DNA of 62,563 nt, the filler included, from Asterionella formosa (taxonomy: Eukaryota), in assembly GCA_002256025.1 (NCBI GenBank). It is 20 parts of 20 records of this genome, joined end to end, with 100 filler letters (N's around TTAATTAATTAA, not from the genome) between each part and the next. Parts side by side here need not be neighbours in the genome. Positions count along the whole stretch, not along the records: positions 34,529 to 37,558 come from NKIB01014553.1; positions 37,659 to 40,687 come from NKIB01014554.1; positions 40,788 to 43,814 come from NKIB01014555.1; positions 43,915 to 46,941 come from NKIB01014557.1; positions 47,042 to 50,066 come from NKIB01014558.1; positions 50,167 to 53,191 come from NKIB01014559.1; 14 more parts are not named here. One strand, 5' to 3'. Position 1 is the first letter of the stretch; each line of letters opens with the position of its first letter. Below the pieces are notes generated by a model. That model saw only the letters and a list, made by a program, of their open reading frames with translations, had not been told where the DNA came from and made no database searches. Shown one piece after another: positions 36,618 to 50,200 of this stretch. The position numbers and the translations under genes are program-made.

Positions 36618-36688
36618 GCACGTTGCGGTCATTTTGCTTTAACTAACATTTCAATCTGGGATAAAGATAGCTAAATCCGCAACTTGCC
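36618..36688. mobile_element. ~70-bp mini inverted-repeat element; related inverted copy at ~13051-13140
   Basis: IR GCACGTTGCGG / CCGCAACTTGC; internal blocks TTGCGGTCATTTTGCTT and GGGATAAAGATAGCTAA shared with the other copy. Confidence 0.65.
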
Positions 36689-36971
36689 TGGTACCTGGTA
36701 CCAGGGTAACATGTACGTCGATACTCCTACCAGTACCTAAGTAGACTTTTTCCGGTCGTGGTGAACTGAGATGCTTGAATATGAAGTGGAGTCTTGGTGG
36801 TACGTATGTATTGTACTGGTACCGGTATAATACTTGAAGGTGCTTAATATTTGTAAATTATCATCGTACAAGGGCCTGCAGAATTACATATCATTCACAA
36901 TACCCCAGCAGTGTATTAATGTGCTGTTGCGACAATCAGTGTGCTCTGCCTTTCTCTCAAATAAAACTACA

Positions 36972-37558
36972 ATGGAAAAGTTCAAGCAACCCAATGGGTC
37001 CCGCTTCGTCAACGGAACTCTGCTGGAGGGAGCGAGTTTCCAGAAGTATGTTAAATGGCACGGTCTTTGTGATATCTGCGGGCTGTACCAGACACATGAA
37101 AAGCATGGCCGATTTCTGAATAAGGTGCTCATCCCATTAACTAGGAGAAACGAACAAGGCTCCTACAAAGTCTACAAAGGATTTTGCATTCAGCCAACGT
37201 GCTATACCTTGGAACAAGCGAAAAGGCATTTAGGGGAAATACCTAGTGAACCCATTCGGCCACCTAGGAATAGAAACTCGGAAAATCCACCAAGCTACCG
37301 AAATGCCCCAGATGGCAACAATAATGTTGCTTCGCGAGAACGTCGATCGCCTGGGGCACTTTTCACGAGCGAGAAGTGGTTTTGAACATGTTGACCCGTC
37401 GACTCCATCCAGTGATCATCAGAATACAACTGGACGGATGATTGGTCCGAATCATTCCTCACATTTAAATCTTGCGAGTCTCGGATCGACATCAGAAAAT
37501 AGTCGGGAAAATCAAATCAAAGCTTCCTCACTACGATCATCACCAGAAGTTCAACAAA
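36972..37558 (+). CDS. 5' part of a hypothetical gene with a Cys/His motif (CDICG..QTH..YKGFCIQPTC); possible frameshift near 37340-37385
   Basis: Metal-binding-like motif then Ser/Arg-rich linker; truncated by contig end. Confidence 0.5.
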
Positions 37559-37658
37559 NNNNNNNNNNNNNNNNNNNNNNNNNNNNNNNNNNNNNNNNNN
37601 NNTTAATTAATTAANNNNNNNNNNNNNNNNNNNNNNNNNNNNNNNNNNNNNNNNNNNN

Positions 37659-38390
37659 GTACTATCTTACCCGTACGCTGGTACAGGCTGGTACCGGTGT
37701 ACCGTACTACTTTTCCCATCACGCACAGGAGCTGATGTCTTCTTTGCTGTTTTGGTGAAGTCTTGCTATACTTTACATACACATACACGGGTACAAATAT
37801 AAAAAATATACACAGGTCTGGTTGCATCATCCGTGTTACCGCTGCTTTGTTATGTATGTACCTGTTTGATATTTGGTATTGTACCTGGTACCTGGTACCG
37901 GGTACCAGTACAAGGTGTACCTGTCACCAGTGGTACCAGGTACCAGGTACCTGGTCCAGTTACTCACGAGGTAGCAAATGCTGTACCACATTGCTTCAGA
38001 TCACACTACTGGTGCTGGTACCTGGTACCCGGTACTCTGGTAACAGTATCGATAGGTACGTACCGGTAGCTATATCAGCCATGGCGACAGCGAGCGATCG
38101 GCAAGAATTTGCTGACCACTGTGAATTCCAAGTACACATACCAGTATGCACACAAAATCTGGTACCCTGGTACCAGGTGCCGGTACCTGGTGGTATGATT
38201 ATGTCGAAGATGTATTACGGTACCAGGTACCAGTGTAACAGGTAGACTCCAAGGTCCCAGGGTAAGAAGTATGAAACAGAACGAAATTTCTTTGCATTTA
38301 TACCAGAATTAGTTACTCCACTCCTACATAACTTCCTGGTACCAGTTGTTGATGGCCCTGTAACAGGTACCAGGTACCAGGTACCGCAGT
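37659..38390. repeat. Dense GTACCAG/CTGGTAC heptamer field
   Basis: Many GGTACCAGGTACC and TACCGGTA units in both orientations. Confidence 0.9.
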
Positions 38391-38899
38391 TCCATTCTAT
38401 CACAAACAACTACTGGTAGGTATTTGCTGAGCTGCTGGTGAGTTGTTTGGTGAAAACATAATTGTTGATCAGAATATAGAGAATAAAGTATATACATGGA
38501 GCGCCTCCATACATATATGAAGGATAGTATGTTTTATAGCCCATTTGTACTCATCCCCTATTTCTAAGCAAGTCTTTCATTGTGCTACCTGCCAACAAGA
38601 CCTCTGCCTCCCTAGTTTTGTTAGTGTAGGTGAGTCCCACAGATCAAATAGTAATAAGTGTATGTTCTTAAAATTATAACATTCACAATCACGTTAAAAC
38701 ACAAGAAATGAGCTATATGTACTATATATACTGTTCACTCTATAATCAAAATTGTTACAAAAAGGAGGACAAGAAGGTTTCGAATCTAATGCAGCCATGA
38801 TATGGCACCAGCAACAAAACCACTGTCCCCCAATCATAAATTCCAACCAACATTCCGAACCAACACTAGTCCACATCCTTTCCATCTCATTATAAGCCA

Positions 38900-40400
38900 T
38901 CTAACAAAAAAAGCCTTGCCAATTCGATTGCCTACTCAATTGCTCCTAGTCACTATGGTAGTAACTCATTCTAGTGATGCTTTGTTCCCCAGCCATTTGC
39001 AGAATATCATAATCATTTTCTTCATGTCTGTCAAGCAACTCCTCAAGAATTCCCTGTAAAGTAAGAAACAAATAGTTCAATTGCATCTGTTTAAATGATA
39101 CATATGGTTCTGTCAATGCCGCCTCCACCAGCATATTGTGATTAGCGTCATCCACCAAATCCAAATAGCCCAGGCAAGTATGCCCGAAAAATACTGAGAT
39201 CGTTGATGCTCATGTCTTGTGAGTTTTCCGGTTGCCCTGCAAATTTTACAATCCATCGATTCAAAGTTGCTGCGTCTTGAAAGAGAATAGAATCGCTTCC
39301 AAAATGACTGCTTCTTGCCTTGTTGTGTTGGTTGTACACTTTCTTAGAACCGTTCACTCCAATCAGCCACTTCTCAAAAATCATTGATATCACATTGTTG
39401 ATGATTATGTCTCCATAGCGCTGATTTGAAACCACCGGTAGATTTGAGGATATCATTGTCCCTGCTAAACTGTTTATCGAGTCCCTACTAAGCATCAGAG
39501 TCTGCTGAGCGAATGAAGGGTCATATACCAGTCTTACCATGGAACATGCACACCACTCCTCCATGTCGTTGTATCTGGGGCAAGCAGCCAATAGCGGAGC
39601 AAGACATCACCTATGCAGTGGGATTATTGTGTTTTATCCACTCTCCCTCAATCGACTCGAATCGCCGTTTTCCCTCCTGAACCTAGAACCATTTTTCACT
39701 GACATGAACCTGAATGTAAATGCCACCACAAAACCCGACCTTTCTGAATCAAAAGCCACTTCAGGTGATGGGTGAAGTTGTTCTGGGTGACGATTCACCT
39801 GTAGATGGCGAACGCAATTCAGAAACCGAGTTTTAGTACTAGTCTTGCATTCCTCTGTCAACTTCAGAACAACAAGATTCATATGAGGCTGTATCATGTC
39901 CTGCTATTGCTTGTCTTTTGCGATTGCAGAAAACATATTAATTTTGGCAAAATAAGTGCTGAGGCCAGCTTATGGTACGTAAAGGGAAAGGAATTTCCCC
40001 TAAAATTGCAATATCACCACCTCATCACAATTATATTTTTGATAATGACCAGACGAGCCGCCATATTTGTCAGTATCCTCTAAATATTATGAGGCGAGGG
40101 AAGTGCATGCTGACTCCATATAGTATACATTGTATGGCAATTATATTAAAATCCAACCTATGCGACAACAATTTAGAGGTTCCTGGAACCAAAAAATTCT
40201 ATTTTGTCACTACCCTCAGGTCCTCTTTGTTTGAGGTTCTGTAAATCATAATCGAGAATCATTCGAAGCTTTTCAATTGACAAATCTCTCCTTCTATGCC
40301 TATGGAGATCGGGTTGCAAAATGGGGAAGAGGCATCTGCATTTGCTCCAGATCAAGCCAAGGATCTGACCATCAGGAATGGGCGCATCGGCAATGTCAAC
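38900..40400 (-). pseudogene. Degenerate long ORF of unknown family
   Basis: Consecutive minus-strand ORF pieces (40173-40355, 39634-39897, 39148-39591, 38946-39164) separated by stops or frameshifts. Confidence 0.4.
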
Positions 40401-40842
40401 ATTGATTTTGACAAAAATGATGATGCAAAATCAACGCATTAGCATTGCTTGATATCTATATACATGTACGCAATGTATGAATTTATGTTAAATTGGTTTC
40501 GTTTAACTTATTTAGATGCAAAATATTCAATTACAAAAACAGAGCATATGTTCAAGTCTATATGTAACTAACAAAAAACGCATTTTTTCGAGTGAGCCGA
40601 CCCTCACGTAGAAATTTGGTATGTTGGCTACATAATCCTTCATATGCGAGCAGTAAAGACACTGGTGGTGCCGGCGAATCGATGCAANNNNNNNNNNNNN
40701 NNNNNNNNNNNNNNNNNNNNNNNNNNNNNNNTTAATTAATTAANNNNNNNNNNNNNNNNNNNNNNNNNNNNNNNNNNNNNNNNNNNNTTATGATTTGTGG
40801 CAAAATTTTTGAAGCTTTAGATATTATCATTTTGGAAGATAT

Positions 40843-40971
40843 AGCAAAATTTTTGATTTGGCAAATAAAGTAAACTGTACTTTATTCAAGTAAAGTTCAC
40901 TTTGGGTCATTAGGTCATTGCTCGATTCAAGTAAAGTTTACTTTATCTGCCAAATCAAAAACATTTTGCTA
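40843..40971. repeat. Foldback/inverted repeat
   Basis: AGCAAAATTTTTGATTTGGCAAATAAAGTAAACT pairs imperfectly with AGTTTACTTTATCTGCCAAATCAAAACATTTTGCT. Confidence 0.8.
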
Positions 40972-41581
40972 AATCTGCCAAGAACTTGATTATAGCCAAA
41001 GTGATGGCGTGCCAACTCGAAAGTATTACAGTTTCAAAGATTTCTTCTTTATCGGCCTATCTGCCTCTAATTGACTTGCAACTGTTATAGTTAAAACTCT
41101 TTCCATGTTAACTGTAATATTCCAAACATGGTAGAGGTGATGGGGTTGGTTGCCATTATTACATTAACAACAATGATCCTAGTCGAGCTACGTTTTCGGG
41201 GCCTCGATGTTCTTCATTATTACAATCAATTTTATTTATTTTAGAAAAAGATGGTCGAGCTAAATTAATTTGCATCACACACACTATGAATAAAAATGCT
41301 TCTAGTACACGTTCCAGCAAGAAGGGACATAAAAGAGCAATTGTTTCTGCTGCATCTGCGCGGGCTGTAAAGCTACTAGGTAGGAGTAATTAGCATCTGG
41401 TACCATGTACCTGGTACTATTACTAGCTATCAAACGTAAGTACGAAATTGGAACATAGCTCCAACGATGTATACCGGTAGTATGAATACGGACATGAGAG
41501 AGTGCCGGCCGGAAAGGAGCAAAGGAGTAGAAAGCCTTCAACACAGCCAGCAGTCAGTACACACGGAGAGTAGCTACCAGG

Positions 41582-41769
41582 TGAAGTATCTAACCAGAAG
41601 TAGTAGTATTTGTTGAATATATGATCTTATTTGTTAATCGTTATGGGTAACTCGTTCTCTAAGTCGACACCAAAGTATACAATGAGGGTTAGTCGAGTTC
41701 TCTCATTATTGAGTTCTGATATATATGATAAAACACTAACCCTACTGTATTGATGCGCAAGATCGCTCA
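41582..41769 (-). repeat. Gypsy 3' LTR
   Basis: Follows PPT GTGGGAGAG (41770-41778, minus strand); same family as 8516-8712. Confidence 0.88.
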
Positions 41770-41779
41770 CTCTCCCACA

Positions 41780-43520
41780 CCACCAAGGGAAAACCTTTGA
41801 CCTTTGAAAAGGTTTGATGCAATAAATATTAATTCGTTCCGTAGTATGAATGATGGTTCGTTGAAAAAAAACTGTACCATTGGCATCTACTTGAATAATA
41901 GAATAAGGACCTCGTCCACGGTCATCCAAGGTAGTAGGATTATCCAATAGGATTAAAATCTCATCACCAACTTTGTAATCACAAGAACAACGACGGAACT
42001 ATCACAACGTAGGCATTTGTCAATTATCCCTTATCGACATTGATATCCCAATATCAATTGCATATCTGTAATCAAAGGAATATTTAATATCATATCATGT
42101 TGGAAAACCCAGCCATATTCCTGGTGAAATAAGCAAAGTGCTAGAAATAGTAGCTCGAGCCGCATATGATGCAGCAAAAAGTGTATCCACGATATTCTTA
42201 GCTTGAAATCCCTTGATTGGAGGATGAGCCTTTAACAAAATTCGTGGAGTGTTACTGATAGATTGATGTAAACGTTCCCAGATAGCATTTGTTTGTGGAT
42301 TCTTGACTGTAATGGTCAATTTTTAATTCCATTCAACACTAACATCATGTGTATGAAAGGAATACCAGTAAATTCAACTCCATTGTCATGTATACAACGT
42401 TCGGACAGTGATATCTGTCTAACCAATCATTTTCAAATTTCATCGCAATATATTCTGATGTCTTATTATTGATACGTGAAATTTCTGGTAAATTTGGTGA
42501 CTGTGTTAAACTCAAGTTAGAGCACGAAATTCAATCGTTTGTGCAGCCACTGTTATCTTCCATGGACCAATGAAATCAACTGTGACTTCTGACCATTGTA
42601 ATAACAATGTATTACTTGTTGGAATTTCACCAAAACCCAGCACCAGTTAATTTTTTACGTTTTGACAGGCTTCATACATGCTTGCAATTTGTTCCACTCT
42701 TATTTTAATGGAGGGTTGCAATATGTTCCACTCTTGCTTTTAATGGAGGTTAATAAAAATGTGTAGAAATTGTAGCATTTAATCTTGTCATACCCACATG
42801 AGCCAACATCTAATGATACCAATTAATAATAAGATCCAACAGTGATGTAGGAATAGCAACATGCCAAGTATCTCCTGGATTCTTCACAAAACATGATAGA
42901 GGGAAATTTTAACGGATGTGTTTGTTGATTGAAAATGAGATGGCTGTGTTGTTTGATTGAGAATCAATTGTTTATCCAGAAATTTTCTATCAGCCATGTA
43001 TTGCATTATAATCCAGAGGATATTGAATATTGTCTGCCAAGATTGGATGATTGAGGAAACAGTTCAACAGAGGTTCATCATCTAATTCAATTGAGAAAGT
43101 AGAAGTGGATGTTGATGCTGAATATTTCGGCCCAATATCATCCCCCACCAAAGACTCAAGCCTCGGGAGGCTAGAGATAGATTCTGTAATAGTTAGCATT
43201 ATCAGTACCCTTTACATCGTGAAAAGTATGAAGAAGATATACTTCAATATAAAGCCTCCATCGGAGAAGACGTTGAGTGTCTGTGTAGGGTATTATAAAT
43301 AAAAATACGATGCTCAGTGTGAACATGTAGAACCGCATTCAATGACATAGAGCGAAATTCTTTGAAAGTTTCTTAATTGACAATCAGAAACATCAGTAAA
43401 AATATGGATAGGAAAATTACGATCAGGATACCGCATGAGTGTATCTGCAACTAACAATTCTTTCATTGAATCAAAAGCTTCTTGATGGATGCATAGGTAA
43501 CCAGACAAACGGACCAGTTC
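41780..43520 (-). mobile_element. Highly degenerate Gypsy pol (RNase H to integrase)
   Basis: QEAFDSMK..YPD..HIFTDVSD, TVKNPQTNAIWERLHQ, GPYSIIQVDANGTV..ERINI motifs with many frameshifts. Confidence 0.88.
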
Positions 43521-43914
43521 TATTTAAATCCTTTTTTAATTTTGAAGACCAAAATTTGAGATCTGTTGGATTTTATTGATATCCCAATGAGTCAGTTTCT
43601 TCAACAGACCATTTCATTTGGAATTGTGCTTGATGACTTGTGGTTAAATACATTTATTTCAGCCATATCAGCAGCTTTCCGTATCTGTATAGTTTGCAGC
43701 TTTAATGTTTCATGTGTTAACATAATTCCTGATAGGTGTATCAAAATAGAACAATCCATTATGTAAATGTTCTGTATCATTATAGGAATCAATGACATGC
43801 AGAAAAAACTGATGNNNNNNNNNNNNNNNNNNNNNNNNNNNNNNNNNNNNNNNNNNNNTTAATTAATTAANNNNNNNNNNNNNNNNNNNNNNNNNNNNNN
43901 NNNNNNNNNNNNNN

Positions 43915-46900
43915 TTGAGACTCTTCCAGACCTTGTAGTTCTAACATTTGGGTCTGAGTCATCCTGAGTGCTTGGATTGACTTCTAACATTGCCTCTTCA
44001 TTTTCAGTTTCATTTGCTGGCTCTTCATCCTCATCTTGGATTTCATCTGAATTCATTTCAATATTATTCTCATTGTTGCCCTCGTCAGGTTCAGGGTCAT
44101 CCTCTTGAGTATTGTCATTTAATTCGAGCTGTTCTGCTTCATATATTTCATCCGGAGTCATTTCGTCATAGTCTTCTTCTCCAAGAATTTCATCATTGCT
44201 TTCGTTGTCACTAGCATCTTGATCTTCATAATCTTCATCTTGTGCATCTTCAAATGCTTCATTATCATAATCCACTCCTGCAATCCAAGCACTATCATAA
44301 AATAGTTGCCCCGTTCGATTTGCTATCTTGAGACCATCTGGCATATTTTCCTGCACAGCAAGGGCGTGTACTTGATTCATGATTGCTGGGGTAAGTGGTA
44401 GAGGAGTAATTGTTCGTCTAGTGATCAATGAATTTGTAGGTAGGTGTAACAATTCATGACCTCCTTGCACATTGTCATTGTAGCGTAGAAAAATGCAATC
44501 TAGGCTGCGAGGTGCATTTGTGTTTGAAAACACAGGTTCTTCATGTGCTTGGACATAAGTGCCAAATGTATACTGGCAATGTCGAGCATAGTCCAGGTTT
44601 CGTTGATGTAAAATCATACGAGGACTGTAATACGGGGATATCCCGTTCTTTGCCGGAAAGAAATTCAGTTTCCTTGCAGATTCTGTCACTAGAATCTTAA
44701 TCATCAGTCGCGGCAAATGTTTGAAAGGTAATCGATGATAAGCTGCGCGCACGCGTTCTTTAATCACTCGATTATTTCGCTCCGCTTCGGGAACATGTTC
44801 TTGTGGGTTTGCGTAGTTCATAGTGACTTGAAATTCATTGGAAATTTGTTCCATCAAAGGTCGAAACTCGTTGTCACAGTGGATTGTTGTAATTTTAAAT
44901 CCTCCGGTATTATAAACACGGAATACTTGAATCAAAGCATCTCGATAGACTTCAGCTGTCTGATTCTTGACCCATTGCGCTGTCCTATACATAATGTTTC
45001 GAGAAATTGTTGTGAGAAATGATTGTCCATTGACTTTCATTCCATCCATGCAAAGAGTCACTTCACGTTGAGCTTGGATAAGCTCCTTAGGAATCTCGAT
45101 GTAGTCGTTCACGACTGGCAGCGGCTTGCGACGAGTTGTCTTGCCTTTTAGTGTTCCGATGTCAGGTCCAAAAATTTTCTCTGCAATTTTGATATCATCG
45201 GTAGTCACTGGATTATTGTTGATCGTATTCATACGAATTATTGCCTTGAAATCATTAATTGATGGTGTACCCAAGGCATGAAATAGATCACGAGCTCGCT
45301 TAGCTCTCTGAAATTGACGTTCAGTGTAAAATGTTTTGTTCTCTTCAAGTGTATTTAACATTTGAGCATTCTCCGCTCTAATTCTTGTAGTTGGCTTGAA
45401 AACATATAAGTTCATCCCAATTCTTTCAAATCGAACTGTTTTGTCTGGCAAATGAACAATGAATGCATCTTCTTTCTCAGAGTCATAGGTAATTCTGTAC
45501 CTATCTGCCATTTCGGCATAACTGAAGATGTTTGTGATAGCCTTTTCATTAAACCATACTTCTCCCCATTCTGGAAGATCAGCCTTCATATTAGTTACCA
45601 TGGATCCACCATTTGTGGCCAGGTGCATGCTTCCGTTGGTTGACATTCGAATGTTATTAACCATTTTTGGATTGCAAAAGACTGTGACACTTGATTGATT
45701 ATCCAATAGTATCCAGTCGCGCATCTCAGATGCTTGGTAAAATTGTAGTTTCATATGAGCTCCCGTCCATCCAAATTGATTGGCATTTGCTTGTTGTGAA
45801 GCTTGTGATGACGGCGGGTTGTTGGAATTAACAGAGGTAACTGTACTTGTGTCGGATGTATTAGCCTGTGCCTGTGCATGGCTTTGGGCCTTGTTGATAG
45901 CCCATTCCTCTTTGGGTTTGTTCTTGTCTCGGCACGAAGGAGATTTGTGACCTGCTTTTCCGCAGCAGTAACATTTTCCTTCTAACTGTGCAAACGATAA
46001 GTTCACATCTTGGTCTTCCTTGCCTGCATCCTTATGTTTCCTCTCTTTATCATTATCTCCTGGTTTCTTGTAGACAGATTTATTTGTTACGTCAAACCGA
46101 TGGTTGCTGAGAACATTATTTGATTCGGTGATGCTCTTCGGGTATTGATCGTTGCCGAGTGACTGTTGAGTGTTCAGCCCGGTCATAATTGATCCGTATT
46201 TGGCCTTGTCAGCATTATCGAGATATAAATATGCCATAAATTGACTGAAAGCTTGTTCACGAAATTTTTCTCGTTGTTTGACGTCGGTCTCGTTGTATCC
46301 ATCCATGGCTTCAACGAACTTGGTGAGGATAATGGGTCCTCCCATGTGTGACTTGAGCACATCACGTGCCACACGGAATCTCTTGGTGTAGTCTTGTAGA
46401 CTTTCTCCTTCTTTTTGCTTCGTGAACAAAAGCGTTCTCATCGCATCTAAAATGATCGACATTGAATATCGATTCTCTTGAAAATTTAATGCGTGTTCTT
46501 TAATTGCCATAAGCAATGTTATTGGGTTATTTTCGATCCTATTGTAATCGGATCTCGCTTCAATCTTGTTCTTCATGGCTTTGTTGCATCTTTCCCAGAG
46601 CAACGCATATGCCTTGGTATTATTATTTTCGTAGGCCTGTACCCTTTTACTGTAGTTGTCATAATCAGCCTTAAACTCGATCTCAAATTGTCGATTCTCT
46701 GCAGCGCGATCTTCTTCTGTTGTCGCAATGCTCACTTGCATTCTTGGCTTCCATGCCGATGTGTTGATTGGTTCTAATGACTTGAGTGCGCTTCCAATGT
46801 CACTGCCATAATCAAACACTTTCTTGATATGATTGATGAGGTACTCAGTAGTAGTCTCATAGTCAGATGCCTGCTTCGATGATCCGAGGTAGTAGTTATA

Positions 46901-46941
46901 GTCATTGACTGACTTCTTGATGGAGTGAGAAGCAATATTGC
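43915..46941 (-). mobile_element. Ty1/Copia (CoDi-type) gag-protease-integrase, uninterrupted ORF
   Basis: ~1000 open codons; gag QKEGESLQDYTKRF, CCHC knuckle, WILLDNQS, HCDNEF, EAERNNR; nearly identical to 19852-21882. Confidence 0.97.
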
Positions 46942-48505
46942 NNNNNNNNNNNNNNNNNNNNNNNNNNNNNNNNNNNNNNNNNNNNTTAATTAATTAANNN
47001 NNNNNNNNNNNNNNNNNNNNNNNNNNNNNNNNNNNNNNNNNAGCAACAGGAACAGCAACCACCTCAAGGCGGTCAGCAACATCCACCGCAAGCTGGCCAG
47101 CAATCGCCTCCCCAACCAGAAAATTGGCAGCATCCTGGTTTGGGCGGAGACTATTAGATGTCCATTTTACCATAGTAGCATTGCGAAAAGATCACTCAAT
47201 ATTAAACCCATTCCAATTGGAAACTCTATCTTCCAGTAGGTGGTTAGCTCTTTCCTGAACACATTGTGTGTACAAAGAAAATGCCACCATGGAGTCTGAG
47301 TATTGTTTTAAATTGCCTTGGTTACAAAGTGTCTTGTCTATTTTTGACTAGAAACAAAATAAAGTGTTGAAGGATTTTCTGGATAATGGATCATGACCAA
47401 TTTTGGTGATAGCAAATGTCAAGGTTCCTGCATTGGAAACGCTAGGCCAAAATAATATAGTGCTTAGGGTTGCCAATTTTCATGGGAATTGGGAATTTGT
47501 GCAAAGAGCTAATCTTGAATAACTATGATTCCGTTTGAATTATTTAAATGGTTTGAAATTGGCATATAAACAAGAATATATAGTAGTTTTACGACTAATA
47601 ATTCCTTCACAACTGCCTCCTATTTTGATGTGAACACTTTGGTGAATATGTGGTATGCATCAGTACTTTCATAATTTTTAGTTTGATACTTCACAATCAT
47701 ATATCTTGTTGGTTTCCTTTCTGTTTTCATTCACTCTTTCACCCTATCTTCATCTCATCTCGAGATTTCTACACTTCAAGCATGGTGAATGGTGGTGGAA
47801 ACAACGATTTGATGATGATGATCCAACTATGATTCTTAACAGATAAATATTGAATCATCAAGAAGCTTGCTAACAAGATTGATGTTTTCGATCAATCAGA
47901 AGAAGGTTTACATCAACGAAAAGGGAACACAACGAATAGGTTCTCAAAGTGTGATGAATGGGATTGAAACTTAGTTTTAGTTTAAGCTTATTTGTAAGAA
48001 ACAGTGAGAATTGACAGAGCAAGGTCAACAGCGAAAACTAGCATGAGGGCTAGCAGCAAAAGATGACAGTACTAGCAGTACAACAGGAAAGTCCAACATA
48101 AGAGAATACCCGTCAGACGGAAGGAGTAAATTGTTAAAGTATTACCTTTTTGATACTAGATCTATATTGTTAGACAAAGAAGGCTATAGATAGAGATGTT
48201 CGTTTCTCTTTCCGTTTCTATATTCTTGTTATTGTGAGTTTACTAATCTAGTTTAGGTTGTTCTCTTTGAACAAGAAACAAACGAACTATTCTCCAAATG
48301 CTGTTTGCATTTCTAGAACATACAATCATAGATAGACCCATGTCTATCTCACACTTACTGATCATAGGTTTTTAACCATGATCATTCATTTTCAAACTAT
48401 CAGTCTTCCGAAATAGCTTATATCGTCCGGCTCATTATAGGCGGAGTAACAAGGTATAATGTGTGGTTGATGAGAGCTTAGTACATCAAAGTTGACTCAT
48501 TCGAA

Positions 48506-50066
48506 TCATTTGACTCGTTTTACGTTGAAGTATTGTTTCAGTGCCAACTTGAACTTGTTGACGTCGGCTTGGGTGCCGGTTACCGCGAGGTCATCGACGT
48601 AGGTGCATAGCAGTAGGGTAAAGATGCCTTCTCGTTTTTCGTAGAACACACAGGGTTCGACACGGCTTTGTTTGAGTCCCATATCAAGTAGACAGTCTCG
48701 GAGTTTCTTGAACCATTGCCGTGCAGCTTGTACCGTGCCGTACATTGCCTTATCCAGTCGGATGCAGTTGTCAGTCATAGTCGTTTCATTTCGTAGTGGA
48801 AGTCAGCGATTCCATCTCGCCATTCTATGTAGATTTCTTCGTCGAGGTCGGCTTCGAGGAATGCCGCTTCGATGTCCACAATTTCACATACAAAATCTTT
48901 CCTGTGTAGGGTGATTGCAAACACAATACGTAGGCCAGTATCCGTAACAACAGGTGCAAATGAATCTGTGAAGTCAACACCTGGTATCTGCACATAGCCT
49001 TTCACCACAATACGGACCTTGTAGCGCGTAGTGTTGTCATGCTCACTCTTTTTTTAAATACCCATTTTGCTCCAAGTGGCTTTTTTCCATTTAGATTCTT
49101 ACAAGGATGTAGTTTCCACACTTTGCGGGAGTACAAGTTTTCAATCTTTGCTTTGATTGCCTTGGTCCATTCGTCTTTTTTGTTACTTAATAGTGCCTGC
49201 TTGTAGCTCTTGGGTTCCATTGGGTCAGAAGCTAGGCTCGTTGAATGTGCTTCCTCACTAGGTTGGTGCTCTTTGAGGTTTTCGTTGGTGGCGTCATCCA
49301 AAATAAGTGTGCGTACTGCGGATGATTGCTGATGTGTGTCTGCACGAGTAGGTGTAGGTGAGGTCACAAAGACTGTTGATAGCCTATTCATTTCTTGATC
49401 AAAATTTGTAGATTTCGTAGCATAAATCGTACAATGCTTGTTTGTATTCATGCCACCTGCGACGGAATCTGCAAAGCTCACTCCCTTGGGAGTACTGGGA
49501 TCGTTCGGTTTCATTGGTAGTAGGGTATCAGCCCCTGGTTCGTCAGGAGGTGTTGCGTTGGAAGGTTTAGTAAGAGTGTCAAATTCCTCATCTATACCGG
49601 ATCCGTCTGTGGTGAATTCGTACATGTCCGCTGTGGGTTTGGCATTTTCATGCCAGTTGGCCCATTTACGGCCTCTTGTGTTGAAGACCATTTTCGTAGC
49701 AACGTTGTACATGCGGTAGGTATCACCGGCGTGGTCATGGCTGTAGCCAAGCATGACACATTTGACACTCTTTGGGGTTAATTTCTGCCTCGGCCTCCGA
49801 ATCGTGGCCCACCCCACCCTTCCAAACTGAAACAGGTGAGGATAAATCTTAGGCTGAAAGCCGTAGAAAAGCCAATCGGGGCATTTTTCCGTATTCGAGT
49901 TAGCGACAGAGTTTGTTAGTCACGTGTGCATGTTGACACTCTCGGCCCACAGTAGCCCCTGGTATTTGTCTGACAATTTGGCGCTGAACATGGAGGCGCA
50001 TGCTCGGTCTCGTATCGTCACAAATTTTCGTTCCATGACTCCGTTCTGTTGAGGAGTATGGGGGGG
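48506..50066 (-). mobile_element. Degenerate Ty1/Copia integrase-RT (different family)
   Basis: PHTPQQNGV, KCVMLGY, EPKSYKQAL, KWVFK, GYVQIPGVDF..SFAPV, DIEAAFL, KAMYGTVQAARQW, YVDD; frameshifted. Confidence 0.92.
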
Positions 50067-50200
50067 NNNNNNNNNNNNNNNNNNNNNNNNNNNNNNNNNN
50101 NNNNNNNNNNTTAATTAATTAANNNNNNNNNNNNNNNNNNNNNNNNNNNNNNNNNNNNNNNNNNNNTTCGAATACTTCGTTGAAAAACTAAGTATTAACT

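Noticed and set aside
37763..38245. 160-aa ORF rich in VPGT/WYQV
   Set aside because: Translation of the GTACCAG repeat; not credible as a gene
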